The translations under genes and the position numbers were made by a program. Below are positions 39,416 through 48,722 of a stretch of 64,000 bases of DNA, piece after piece; positions within the stretch are counted from its first letter, which is position 1, and every line of letters starts with the position of its first letter. Under the pieces are notes generated by a model. That model did not search any database, was not told the DNA's origin, and worked only from the letters and a program-made list of their open reading frames with translations. This DNA is from an uncultured Alphaproteobacteria bacterium (GTDB lineage: Bacteria > Pseudomonadota > Alphaproteobacteria > Rs-D84), in NCBI GenBank assembly GCA_949082785.1, contig CARVLU010000003.1, positions 9,133 to 73,132 on the forward strand. Direction: 5' to 3'.

Positions 39416-40498
39416 TTAATCGATTGTGACGTCGATTACGGTTTCCTGTTTTTGCATATCCAATGGATGCGACTGAAACGCAACGGTTTCAAAATCAATA
39501 CGCGACAGATCAATCGCCCGCACGGCGCGACTGTACATCGTATGATAATAGATAACCCGATTGGTAATATCCGTGGCCACCGTCCACTGGGTCGCCGACG
39601 GCATGTCATCCGGCACGCCGCCAACCGGGAATTGCACACCGACCGGCACATCGAAATTGTTCAGGATATGGAACGCCTGTAATACGGTTTGATACCCGCC
39701 GTCCTGGGGCACGGCGCAATTTTGCAAAAAAGCCGCCCGAACAAACCGCGACGGCGGCGTCATATCCCCCGGCAATCCGTGCAGGCCGCTGCCACTGCCG
39801 AACGCGGTCATCCGCAGGTTGCGAATAGTTGTCGGCCCGGCGGTGCCTGGATGCAGATTGACATAGTTATTCAGATTTGTTGTCATCCACGGGAATCCCG
39901 GCGCGTTGGTCAAAACACCGATTTCATTTTCATAAAATTGCGGCACACCATCGATGATTTCCAGGACCGCCTGGCGGCCGCCGGGTTCGATAATACGCCA
40001 ATGGACCGTTGTTGTTCGCGGGTCGGCGTTGATAATGCGGATGTTTTTGATGGCATCTTTGACCTGGTCAATGGTGGAAAACTGGGACAGTATCCATGAC
40101 ACCAACTGAAAATCGGCCAGTGTTTCATCACGGTATTGCGCATCATAATCCACATACTTGCCATATGCCGGGAAATAGAACAGCGCCGCGGCCAGGCCCG
40201 CTTCGTTAACGCCATCGATTACGAATTCAGGCTGTTCCACCCCCAGCCCCGCAAACCCGTATCGCGACGTGAATTCCAATCCGCCCGCCGTCCCATCGGG
40301 CAAGATTGAACGCACGGTCCGTCCCCGCGGAACGATGACGTACATGTTATCCAGTTCTTCGCGGGACCAATCCATTGTCCGCGCCACGACCAGTGAATTA
40401 TTTTTGGACCGTAACGTTATCCCGGTACAGGCATCCGCCCGCCCCATCACGCCGCACACGGCCGCAACCGTCATAAATACAACAGATAAATATTTCAT
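39416..40498 (-). CDS. choloylglycine hydrolase / penicillin V acylase family Ntn-hydrolase (paralogue 2)
   Basis: MKYLSVVFMTVAAVCGVMGRADA-CTGITL; inverted relative to paralogue 1. Confidence 0.8.
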   Translation of the reverse strand: MKYLSVVFMTVAAVCGVMGRADACTGITLRSKNNSLVVARTMDWSREELDNMYVIVPRGRTVRSILPDGTAGGLEFTSRYGFAGLGVEQPEFVIDGVNEAGLAAALFYFPAYGKYVDYDAQYRDETLADFQLVSWILSQFSTIDQVKDAIKNIRIINADPRTTTVHWRIIEPGGRQAVLEIIDGVPQFYENEIGVLTNAPGFPWMTTNLNNYVNLHPGTAGPTTIRNLRMTAFGSGSGLHGLPGDMTPPSRFVRAAFLQNCAVPQDGGYQTVLQAFHILNNFDVPVGVQFPVGGVPDDMPSATQWTVATDITNRVIYYHTMYSRAVRAIDLSRIDFETVAFQSHPLDMQKQETVIDVTID

Positions 40499-40570
40499 GA
40501 TAATTCCCCCCGAAGCGCAGTATATCGGGGGGACGCATTACCCATCCACAGGATTGGTTTCCAATCCCCA

Positions 40571-42343
40571 TCAATCCACGATTTTGCGGAAAATTTCGGC
40601 CGGAATGGTGCCGCCGGTAATCTTGCTGTTCATTGGGGTGAAATCATCATTACCCATCCAAACCCCGATAATCAGTTCCCCCGTCGCCCCCACGAACCAG
40701 GCGTCACGGTTCCCGTTACTGGTCCCGGTTTTCCCCCCCAGCACGCCATCGCCCGCCGCGCGGCGCCCCGTGCCACCCGGCCCGATAACATCGGCCAACA
40801 ATTGGGACATATAATCCACCGTCGTGGGCGCCAATATTTGAATCGCATCCGACGGATTACGTTCGTACAGCACGCGTCCCGACGGGTCCACCACGCGCGT
40901 GATGGAATATGGGCGCACCGATTGCCCGTCGTTCCAAATCACCGCATAAATGGTGGTTAAATCCAACAAATTCATTTCCGACGCCCCCAAGACGGTTGAA
41001 TATTCCCGGCGCAACTGCGTCCCCACCCCCAAACGCCCCGCCATATTCAAAACGGTATCGATGCCGTATTGCTGGGTCAGTTTCAGGGGAACCGAATTCA
41101 CACTTTTTGCAAAGGCCGTCGCCAACGTGATATCGCCATAATACCGTTCGTTGTAATTTTTCGGGTTGTAATCCCCAATGGCAAAGGGTGAATCATTAAC
41201 ATACGCATCCGGCGTCATTCCGTTTTCCAACGCGACCAAATACACCACGGGTTTAAAACTGCTGCCGGGTTGGCGCATGGCCATCGCGCGGTTAAATTGA
41301 CTGGCCTGGTAATCGGCGCCGCCAACCATTGCACGCATGGCACCACCGCGCGTCATGGCGATAACGGCCCCCTGGTATGGGGCGACTTTTTCCGTTACGG
41401 TTGCAGCAACATGTTCCTGTAACCCGCGGTCCAGCGTGGTATAAACAAACAAATCGGAATCCCAGACACCAATTCGCGAACGCACTTCGTCAATGACAAA
41501 ATCTGTCCAGTAACGATAGATGTTTGTGTCCGGCGCGGGCGTTGCGGGCCGCAATTGTTTGGCCGCGGCGCGGGCATCGTTGATGGTGATGTACCCCTGG
41601 CGCACCATTTCGGTCAACACCACACGCGCACGCGCGATATTTTTTTCCGGATTTTTCAGCGGGCTGTATGTCGTCGGCGCCTTTAACATGGCGGCGATTT
41701 GTGCACTTTGTGCGATGGTCATCTGTGCCGCGGGCGTCTGGAACAGTGTGCGTGACGCCGCGTCAATCCCACGCATCCCGCCCACCAGCGACACGCGGTT
41801 CATGTACAGGTCCAGTACCTGGTCCTTGGTAAAACGGTTTTCCAACCAATAGGACAGAATCAGTTCCTGAACCTTGCGCGAAATGGTTTTTTCCCGCGAT
41901 AAAAATACGTTCTTGGCCGTTTGCTGGGTAATCGACGACCCGCCGGCGGCAATGCGCCCGCGCACCAGATTGGACATCATTGCGCGCATGATGCCGCGCA
42001 TATCGATGGGGCCATGGCGGTAAAAACGTTTATCTTCGATGGCGACGATGGCCTGCCACACGTGGGGTGGCAGATTTTCCGTGGACACCGGCGCGCCCAT
42101 AATACGATTTGCACTGCGGATTTCATTGCCATCGCGGTCCAAAATAGTCACCGCCGCGGGCCGGGTTTCATGCAAAATCGCATCCAGCGACGGCATCTGT
42201 AAAAACACGACCAAGACCCACACCGCGACGGCGGCCACCGCCACCATCACCAGGTTCAGTGTCCAAACAAGCATCCGCGTCCGCAGTGACGGCCGCGTTT
42301 TTTCCGCGGGAACGGTATTTTCAACCGGATTGCGACGTGCCAC
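40571..42343 (-). CDS. class A penicillin-binding protein (transglycosylase + transpeptidase)
   Basis: GT51 motifs (RFYRHGPID..., GGSSITQQ), transpeptidase SSFKP, SxN, KTG. Confidence 0.9.
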   Translation of the reverse strand: MARRNPVENTVPAEKTRPSLRTRMLVWTLNLVMVAVAAVAVWVLVVFLQMPSLDAILHETRPAAVTILDRDGNEIRSANRIMGAPVSTENLPPHVWQAIVAIEDKRFYRHGPIDMRGIMRAMMSNLVRGRIAAGGSSITQQTAKNVFLSREKTISRKVQELILSYWLENRFTKDQVLDLYMNRVSLVGGMRGIDAASRTLFQTPAAQMTIAQSAQIAAMLKAPTTYSPLKNPEKNIARARVVLTEMVRQGYITINDARAAAKQLRPATPAPDTNIYRYWTDFVIDEVRSRIGVWDSDLFVYTTLDRGLQEHVAATVTEKVAPYQGAVIAMTRGGAMRAMVGGADYQASQFNRAMAMRQPGSSFKPVVYLVALENGMTPDAYVNDSPFAIGDYNPKNYNERYYGDITLATAFAKSVNSVPLKLTQQYGIDTVLNMAGRLGVGTQLRREYSTVLGASEMNLLDLTTIYAVIWNDGQSVRPYSITRVVDPSGRVLYERNPSDAIQILAPTTVDYMSQLLADVIGPGGTGRRAAGDGVLGGKTGTSNGNRDAWFVGATGELIIGVWMGNDDFTPMNSKITGGTIPAEIFRKIVD

Positions 42344-42445
42344 GATATATCACCCCATTGTTTATCACAAGAATTATATCACAAAAAAACAGCGCGGCGC
42401 CATATGAATAAGTATCAAAAAAATCCCCGAAACCGGGGATTGGAT

Positions 42446-42700
42446 TTATTTCTTTTTCACCGATTTTTTCGGCGCCGGTTTTTTGCCGGAAACCTGGGCG
42501 GTGCGGGCCGCAGGCGTTTTTGCATATTCTTTGTACAGCAATTCAATGCAGATATACGCAATCAACGCAGACGCCGCCGTAATCAGCCCGGCCAACAGAC
42601 CGTCTGAAAAGATGGCAAACAGCACAATCGCCACAGCCAATATCACGGTATAGAAAATATTCTGGGCCATGACACCAACGATTTTTTCAAAAGTTTTCAT
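42446..42700 (-). CDS. small membrane protein with Lys-rich C-terminus
   Basis: MKTFEKIVGVMAQNIFYTVILAVAIVLFAIF...; two predicted TM helices. Confidence 0.45.
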   Translation of the reverse strand: MKTFEKIVGVMAQNIFYTVILAVAIVLFAIFSDGLLAGLITAASALIAYICIELLYKEYAKTPAARTAQVSGKKPAPKKSVKKK

Positions 42701-42813
42701 TTTATACTCCATTTGGAACAGACACATTATATCAGAAAAAATACCCATTGTGTATGAAATAAAGCGAAACCGCCCAAACGGGCGGTTAAGCAACAGGGGA
42801 ACTGATATTAAAC

Positions 42814-43545
42814 TTACAGAATAACCTGCCCGCCCAGACGCGCGGTCGATGGAATCGGCCCGAACGAAGAACGGCGGCTGACGTAAATATTGCCGGTGAC
42901 GACAAAGTCCCCACAGAATTGCAGCATATTTACATCGCGCAGGAACAGGTGACCGTCAATATACGCATTGCACGGTAAAACATATTTGCGCATGTTTTGC
43001 AAATACACGTTACCCTGGACCCGGATACCATTGGTCAGCATATGGCCATCGCCGCGACCGTTGACGACAACGTCGCCGGTGACCGTGTAACGCATTGCGG
43101 AATTATTTGTCGGACGGGCCACCACACCATCACGACGCAACGGCAAAGTGGTACGTACCGGGCGCGCGGTCACATGACGCGGGGCGGCGGAATTGGTAAC
43201 GGCAACCTGGGGGATGTCGCTGATGACAACGGGCACCGCATCGGCATCGACCACAACAACGGTCTTTTTCCCACCGCGATAAATATCGATAATCAGCATG
43301 GAAAACAAAATGATAATGGACACCAACAGTGTCAGATTCACCATACCAATCAAATCCACAGAACGCAGCCACGCCCAAACGCGCCCGCCCATGCGGCCCA
43401 TCCATTTAAACGGGCGGCAAATCAAATCCCATACGCGGGCCCAAAAACCGGCCGCCGGACGGGAATTTGTACGACGATTGGCGTTGCGTTTTTTGTTTTT
43501 TTCAACGCGACGTGCGGCAATTTTCATCTTTAACTGTTTGAACAT
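42814..43545 (-). CDS. hypothetical membrane-anchored protein (possible beta-helix/bactofilin-like C-terminal region)
   Basis: 243-aa ORF, basic N-terminus, one TM, repetitive V/G/N-rich C-terminal half. Confidence 0.55.
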   Translation of the reverse strand: MFKQLKMKIAARRVEKNKKRNANRRTNSRPAAGFWARVWDLICRPFKWMGRMGGRVWAWLRSVDLIGMVNLTLLVSIIILFSMLIIDIYRGGKKTVVVVDADAVPVVISDIPQVAVTNSAAPRHVTARPVRTTLPLRRDGVVARPTNNSAMRYTVTGDVVVNGRGDGHMLTNGIRVQGNVYLQNMRKYVLPCNAYIDGHLFLRDVNMLQFCGDFVVTGNIYVSRRSSFGPIPSTARLGGQVIL

Positions 43546-43737
43546 AGATTCACCTTTGGGTAAGACTTATGTCCTAAAAATAATATTTGTCAACACGTTT
43601 GTCAAGGATTATTTGCCACAAAAATATATTTTTGTCAAATACGCATCCCGCCCCATCGATGTGTTATGACGCCCCAGGGCATGGCGCGGGGGATTTTTAT
43701 GGACCGGACAGCCCGCGCATCCGCGCAACATTATTGA

Positions 43738-43839
43738 CTGGATTGCTTCGCCGATGGCTCGCAATGACAAAGGAGATGCAGTGCCAGGCAATTCAACATC
43801 CTTGTCATTGCGAGCCACGACAGTGGCGCGGCAATCCAG
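43738..43839. repeat. palindromic repeat unit pair (CTGGATTGCTTCGCC...GCTCGCAATGACAA / TTGTCATTGCGAGC...GCAATCCAG)
   Basis: same family as 15058-15545 and 44336-44545. Confidence 0.8.
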
Positions 43840-43877
43840 TCAATAAACCAACACACCTGGCGTGATATAATTCTTGA

Positions 43878-44063
43878 ACATTCGCGCGGGATGCGATATA
43901 CTGGATTCGCATTGGGAAACCGGTGTAGGCTTAGAAACCTTTTCACATCGTCGGAATCGACGTAAAACTCCAACTGTTGGTTGGGGGGCTGCGAATATAT
44001 TGAATAAGCAGCGCTATCCATGTGAATAGTTTCTAACCTCCAACCGCCCACAATGTTGTCGGG
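43878..44063 (+). promoter_or_regulatory. type-1b leader copy G upstream of XRE-like regulator: TG-extended -10 promoter, hairpin with loop GAATATATTGAATA, terminator CCGCCCACAATGTTGTCGGGCGGTGTTTTTT
   Basis: shares conserved loop and CTCCAAC/GGTTGG/CCTCCAACC alternative-pairing logic with copies C-F. Confidence 0.5.
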
Positions 44064-44097
44064 CGGTGTTTTTTATAACGTAAAAGGAGTTTAAACT

Positions 44098-44325
44098 ATG
44101 TCAAAAATATTAATCGATGCCCAGTATTACGGCAATATCATGCGCTGTGCGCGACAACATTTGAAAATCAGTGCCGGTGACGCGGCGGCATTATTGAAAA
44201 TGACCAAGAAAGATTATCTGAAATGTGAACGTGGCCGCGATTTGTTCGCAGAAGGTACCCTGCGCCGCGTTTTCCATGGTGCGTTTGCGATGTTGATTAT
44301 CAAGCGTGGCCGCGTCGCGTGTTGA
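44098..44325 (+). CDS. small XRE/Cro-like HTH DNA-binding protein (tentative)
   Basis: AAAGGAG SD 7 nt upstream; ISAGDAAALLKMTKKDYLKCERGR resembles HTH_XRE. Confidence 0.55.
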   Translation: MSKILIDAQYYGNIMRCARQHLKISAGDAAALLKMTKKDYLKCERGRDLFAEGTLRRVFHGAFAMLIIKRGRVAC

Positions 44326-44335
44326 CGTGGCGCGT

Positions 44336-44545
44336 TGTCATTGCGAGCAAGTCGCGACGCAGCGTAGCGAAGACGGACGCCGCGTGGCAATCCAGGAAAG
44401 TGACAGCGCGCATTATTCACTGGATTGCTTCGCCGGTGGCTCGCAATGACAAAGAAGATAATGGGCCTGGCTGTTAAACACCCTTGTCATTGCGAGCAAG
44501 TCGCAACGTAGCGTAGCGAAGACGGACGCCGCGTGGCAATCCAGG
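44336..44545. repeat. three palindromic repeat units (TTGTCATTGCGAGCAAGTCGC...GCGTGGCAATCCAGG family)
   Basis: direct inspection. Confidence 0.8.
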
Positions 44546-44565
44546 AAATGACAATGGTGACGAAA

Positions 44566-44591
44566 CAAAAAATCCCGCCGTGGCGGGATTG
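44566..44591 (-). terminator. rho-independent terminator of secG
   Basis: AATCCCGCCACGGCGGGATTTTTT on minus strand. Confidence 0.8.
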
Positions 44592-44596
44592 GTATC

Positions 44597-44914
44597 TTAA
44601 TTTTCCGGAACGGCGGGGGTTGGTGCCGCATTTTCCTGCATAATGATTTCCTGGCGCAAATCGCTTTGGCGGGTGGCCATGTCGGATTTCGACGCAACCA
44701 ATGCCAACGCCGCGCACAGAACAAAGAAAATTGTCGCCAGCCATGCCGTCGCCTTGGTCAGGAAATTCCCGGCCGCCGCCCCCGTCAGCGCACCGCCAAA
44801 CATCGACGCCGCCGATGAACCGGACATGCCGCTGCCTTCGGATTTCTGTAATAAAATCAGGCCCGTCATAAACACGGATACAACAATCAAGCAAACCAAT
44901 AAAATCGAAAACAT
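44597..44914 (-). CDS. secG: preprotein translocase subunit SecG
   Basis: 105 aa, two TM, Gly-rich loop LLQKSEGSGMSGSSAASMFGG. Confidence 0.9.
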   Translation of the reverse strand: MFSILLVCLIVVSVFMTGLILLQKSEGSGMSGSSAASMFGGALTGAAAGNFLTKATAWLATIFFVLCAALALVASKSDMATRQSDLRQEIIMQENAAPTPAVPEN

Positions 44915-44960
44915 TCTTTATCCTTAAATTTCTTATGTGCGAATTCTAGCCATCCTGCCC

Positions 44961-45593
44961 CTAAATTGCAAGGATTTTCAACATCGCGTCCGCGGCGGCA
45001 ATGCTGGCGGCCTTTTTCGATGCGCCGGTGCCCGTCGCAGTGTGGCCCATGGCAGTGACCGATACGCGGAACACCGGGCTGTGCGATGCGCCCGACGGTT
45101 CCAAGTATTCATACGTCGGCAATGCGCCGCCGGAATGCTTTTGCACGTATTCTTGCAGGCGGGTCTTGGGGTCTTTTGGGGCGACGGTGTCGGCGGCGGC
45201 CAAATCGCGCCACAAATCCGTGATAACGGCGGCGGCCGCATCAAAACCGCCGTCCAGATAAATGGCGCCAAAAACCGCTTCCATTGCGTCGGCCAAGATA
45301 TGCTGAATCCGGCCGCCGGTCATATGGCCGTGACGCACGCATGTGTCCAGCCCCAACTGGCCCGCGACATGCGCCAACGTGTCGGTCGATACCAGCACCG
45401 CGTGACGCCGGGCCAGTTCCCCTTCTGTTTCAGATGGGAACATCCGGTACAGCATTGTTGCCACCGTCAAGCCCAACACCCGGTCCCCAATGAATTCCAG
45501 GCGTTCGTTATTCTGGGCGGCGTTTGCGCCACTTTGCGTCAATGCCAAATCCAGCAACGACGCGTCCGTAAATGTGTAATTCAGTTTTAACAC
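44961..45593 (-). CDS. rnc: ribonuclease III
   Basis: ERLEFIGDRVLGL signature, dsRBD C-terminus. Confidence 0.95.
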   Translation of the reverse strand: MLKLNYTFTDASLLDLALTQSGANAAQNNERLEFIGDRVLGLTVATMLYRMFPSETEGELARRHAVLVSTDTLAHVAGQLGLDTCVRHGHMTGGRIQHILADAMEAVFGAIYLDGGFDAAAAVITDLWRDLAAADTVAPKDPKTRLQEYVQKHSGGALPTYEYLEPSGASHSPVFRVSVTAMGHTATGTGASKKAASIAAADAMLKILAI

Positions 45594-46481
45594 TTAATTA
45601 ATCCCCATGCCAAACCGGTCCCAGCGCATCTTGTTCCCCCAATTCCAGATGGCCAGCATCGGCGAATGATAGTTATGTGAATACCAGACAAACCATACCT
45701 TGCCCAGCAGATTGTCGCGCGGCACAAAACCAACCGGGCCGCGGCTGTCGCCACTGTTGTCGCGGTTGTCCCCCATAAAGAAGTAATGGCCGTCGGGAAC
45801 CGTGAACGCGGGCGTGTTGTCGTACATCGCGTTGTCGGAATATTCGATAATGCTGTGCGATACGCCATTGGGTAACGTTTCGGTATATTCTGTCACCTGG
45901 AACACGCCGCATTCGGTCGGGTACATGTTGCAGAAACGGTTGTCTTTGTATTCAATGGTATAATTAAAATCTACTGGGGCGTTGTCCATCCAAATCTTGT
46001 TCCCCTTTATCGAAATATTGTCGCGGTAATACCCCACACTGCGCAGTGATTTCGGCAATGTCGCAACAATATACGGCCGCGGGTCGGAACGCGCAACCTG
46101 TTGCCCGTTAATGTGCAGCCGACCGTTAATCATCTGGATGGTGTCACCGGGGCGACCAATCAAACGCTTGACATAATCCAGACGTTCATCGACCGGATTG
46201 CGGAACACCACAACATCCCCCACATCCGGTTCAGACGCCAAAAACCGCCCGTTCCACAAATGCCACGACCCAAACGGAAAAGAATAACGTGAATACCCAT
46301 ACGCCCATTTTTCGACAAAGATATGGTCCCCGATATGCAGTGTCGGAATCATGGACCCGGACGGGATATTGAACGGTTCGATTAAAATACTGCGGAACGC
46401 GATGGCAATCAGCGCCCCATAAAACAAAGTATTAAACCATTCGCGTGCTGTATTTCTGTTTTTTGCCGGCATAAAATTCAT
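45594..46481 (-). CDS. lepB: signal peptidase I
   Basis: SGSMIPTL catalytic Ser box, K box, GDNRDNSGDSR; start at MNFMPAKN (ORF-track 5' extension rejected); lepB-rnc adjacency. Confidence 0.9.
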   Translation of the reverse strand: MNFMPAKNRNTAREWFNTLFYGALIAIAFRSILIEPFNIPSGSMIPTLHIGDHIFVEKWAYGYSRYSFPFGSWHLWNGRFLASEPDVGDVVVFRNPVDERLDYVKRLIGRPGDTIQMINGRLHINGQQVARSDPRPYIVATLPKSLRSVGYYRDNISIKGNKIWMDNAPVDFNYTIEYKDNRFCNMYPTECGVFQVTEYTETLPNGVSHSIIEYSDNAMYDNTPAFTVPDGHYFFMGDNRDNSGDSRGPVGFVPRDNLLGKVWFVWYSHNYHSPMLAIWNWGNKMRWDRFGMGIN

Positions 46482-46542
46482 CCTTTCTTTGACGGATATA
46501 TTAAAACTTGAAATGAATTTGCGCAAGCTATAATATACGCAT

Positions 46543-48069
46543 ATGATTTCTTTGAATTCCATCATATTTAACGGCATGGACAGCACGCATATTGATGTCC
46601 AGGTGCAATTGTCCAGTGGCCTGTCGAAGCCTGAATTTAACATCATCGGTTTGGCCGACCGCGCGGTAAAAGAATCCGCCGAACGCATTCGCAATGTGTT
46701 GGCGGCGCTGAACCTGTCACTGCCGCCGAAACGGTTGACGGTAAATTTATCGCCGGCCGATGTTGAAAAATCCGGGTCACATTTTGATTTGCCGATATTG
46801 TGCGGGATTTTATGCGCACTGGGGGTATTGCCCGAAGAAGAAATCGGGAAATACATCATCCTGGGCGAAGTTGGTCTGAACGGCGCAATTGTAAAGGCCG
46901 GCGGCGTCTTGCCCGCCAGTGTTTGGGCCGGCGCGAACGGATACGGCATTATCTGCCCCGCGTCCCAGGGGTGCGAAGCACGCTGGGCCGGTCACACCAA
47001 CATTGTGGCCGCGGCGCATGTCTTGGACCTGATTAATCATTTCAAGGGGACGCAGATTCTGCCCATCCCGCCGATGGCCGGTCCCGCGCCCGCGGCGTCC
47101 AATTCGAACATCGACCTGGCAGAGGTACGCGGTCAACACGCCGCGAAACGCGCACTGGAAATCGCGGCCGCGGGTGGTCACGCCATGCTGATGGTGGGGC
47201 CGCCCGGGTCGGGTAAAACCATGCTGGCGTCGCGGTTGCCGACAATTATGCCGGAAATGACGGCGGACGAAATTTTGGAATCATCCATCATTTATTCCAT
47301 CGCCGGGCAATTGGACAGCCAATCTTTAATCGCCGCGCGCCCGTTTCGCAGTGTTCATCACACGTCCAGTGCGGTGGCCCTGGCGGGTGGCGGGTCGGAT
47401 GCCAGACCCGGTGAAATATCGTTGGCGCACAATGGCGTGTTGTTCCTGGACGAATTACCGGAATTCAGCCGCACGACGTTGGAAATCCTGCGCCAGCCAA
47501 TGGAATCGGGTAAAATCATGATTTCGCGGGCGCGGCGTAACGCCACGTATCCAGCACGATTTCAATTAATTGCGGCCATGAACCCATGTCCGTGCGGGCA
47601 TTTGGGCAATCCCAACATGTCTTGTTCGCGTGCGCCGCGTTGCGCGGAAGCGTACCAGAATAAAATATCGGGACCATTGTTGGACCGCATTGATTTGCAC
47701 GTTGACGTGGATGCGGTCAACCCATGGGAAATGGACCGGGTGGACGACACGCCCGCCGAATCCAGCGCAACCGTCCGCGCCCGCGTTGTGGCCGCGCGTC
47801 AAATCCAAATCACGCGCCAGGGATGCGTGAACGCGCAACTGGATGGTGCGGCATTGGATGCGGCGGTAAAATTATCGCCCGAATTGACCCAGTTTTTGAA
47901 CACCGCCGCGGAAAAGATGGGCATGTCGGCCCGCGGTTACAACCGGATAAAGCGTATTGCGCGCACGATTGCGGACCTGCGCGGGGCGGCGGATATTGAA
48001 ATGGCCGACCTGGCCGAAGCGTTGTCGTACCGGCCCATCAATCGCGGCAAATACGGCGTACGTTTATAA
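46543..48069 (+). CDS. YifB/ComM family Mg-chelatase-like AAA+ ATPase
   Basis: 508 aa; N-terminal Lon-like domain, Walker A GPPGSGKT, C-terminal Mg-chelatase domain. Confidence 0.9.
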   Translation: MISLNSIIFNGMDSTHIDVQVQLSSGLSKPEFNIIGLADRAVKESAERIRNVLAALNLSLPPKRLTVNLSPADVEKSGSHFDLPILCGILCALGVLPEEEIGKYIILGEVGLNGAIVKAGGVLPASVWAGANGYGIICPASQGCEARWAGHTNIVAAAHVLDLINHFKGTQILPIPPMAGPAPAASNSNIDLAEVRGQHAAKRALEIAAAGGHAMLMVGPPGSGKTMLASRLPTIMPEMTADEILESSIIYSIAGQLDSQSLIAARPFRSVHHTSSAVALAGGGSDARPGEISLAHNGVLFLDELPEFSRTTLEILRQPMESGKIMISRARRNATYPARFQLIAAMNPCPCGHLGNPNMSCSRAPRCAEAYQNKISGPLLDRIDLHVDVDAVNPWEMDRVDDTPAESSATVRARVVAARQIQITRQGCVNAQLDGAALDAAVKLSPELTQFLNTAAEKMGMSARGYNRIKRIARTIADLRGAADIEMADLAEALSYRPINRGKYGVRL

Positions 48070-48094
48070 AAATCCCCGCAATGGGGATTTTTTA
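48066..48094 (+). terminator. rho-independent terminator
   Basis: AAAAATCCCCGCAATGGGGATTTTTT. Confidence 0.85.
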
Positions 48095-48101
48095 ATACTT
48101 C

Positions 48102-48130
48102 TTTACTTTATGCGGTTTATCCCATATAAT
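48102..48130 (+). promoter_or_regulatory. sigma70-type promoter TTTACT-17-TATAAT for leader C
   Basis: hexamers and spacing. Confidence 0.45.
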
Positions 48131-48136
48131 ATTGAT

Positions 48137-48348
48137 GCCCGAACGTGTTGTTTGGGCGGGGCCTCATAACCTCTGATTTAGGCGTCGGAATTCATTCAAA
48201 TGGCGGGCCACGCGCACCCATTTTATGATGCAGACGAAAATAAAACTCCTGATTTTCCGGTCAGGAGGGTTGTGGAATATCAAATACGCAACGCAATTCC
48301 TAAAAATTGTTATGAGCCTCCTGACCACCAATTTGTTGGTGGTTTTTG
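48137..48348 (+). promoter_or_regulatory. type-1b structured leader RNA (copy C) with antiterminator/terminator alternative pairing and terminator CCTGACCACCAATTTGTTGGTGGTTTTT
   Basis: CTCCTGA/TCAGGAGG hairpin; GGTCAGGAGG can alternatively pair CCTCCTGACC overlapping terminator 5' arm; hairpin GTTGTGG-AATATCAAATAC-GCAAC. Confidence 0.6.
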
Positions 48349-48372
48349 CTTTGTACCACAGGAGGTTTTCAT

Positions 48373-48708
48373 ATGAAGCAACATTTAACAGTCGCCCTGG
48401 TGGCCATACCCATTTGGGCGGCGACATTACCCCACGGCATGGCCGCATGCCAAAGCATGATTCAATGCCGGCAATCCGCGGGCAACAATTGCAACTGTTG
48501 TCCGACCGGGACATCCGAAACACAATACACGTGCCCCGACGGATGGGATGCCCGCGGCAGCCAATGTTACCGGGACGCAACCCGTTCATCGGACAGCATC
48601 GGATACACCGAAACCACATACGGCACATGCGCCGGAACGGCGGGCGGCTTTGTCCAATGCTACAAAGCCCAATGCGGAAACCCGATTCCAAACTGCAAGC
48701 TTTTATAA
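48373..48708 (+). CDS. secreted cysteine-rich protein (N-module-type), family member
   Basis: GGAGG SD; signal peptide MKQHLTVALVAIPIWAATLPHGMAA; 14 Cys; ends 14 nt before next gene. Confidence 0.7.
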   Translation: MKQHLTVALVAIPIWAATLPHGMAACQSMIQCRQSAGNNCNCCPTGTSETQYTCPDGWDARGSQCYRDATRSSDSIGYTETTYGTCAGTAGGFVQCYKAQCGNPIPNCKLL

Positions 48709-48722
48709 CGGGGGTACTGGAA

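Noticed and set aside
46482-46949. N-terminal 156-codon extension of the lepB ORF-track entry
   Set aside because: The extension is Pro/Ser-rich and not SPase-like. A canonical LepB N-terminus with an SD begins at 46481.
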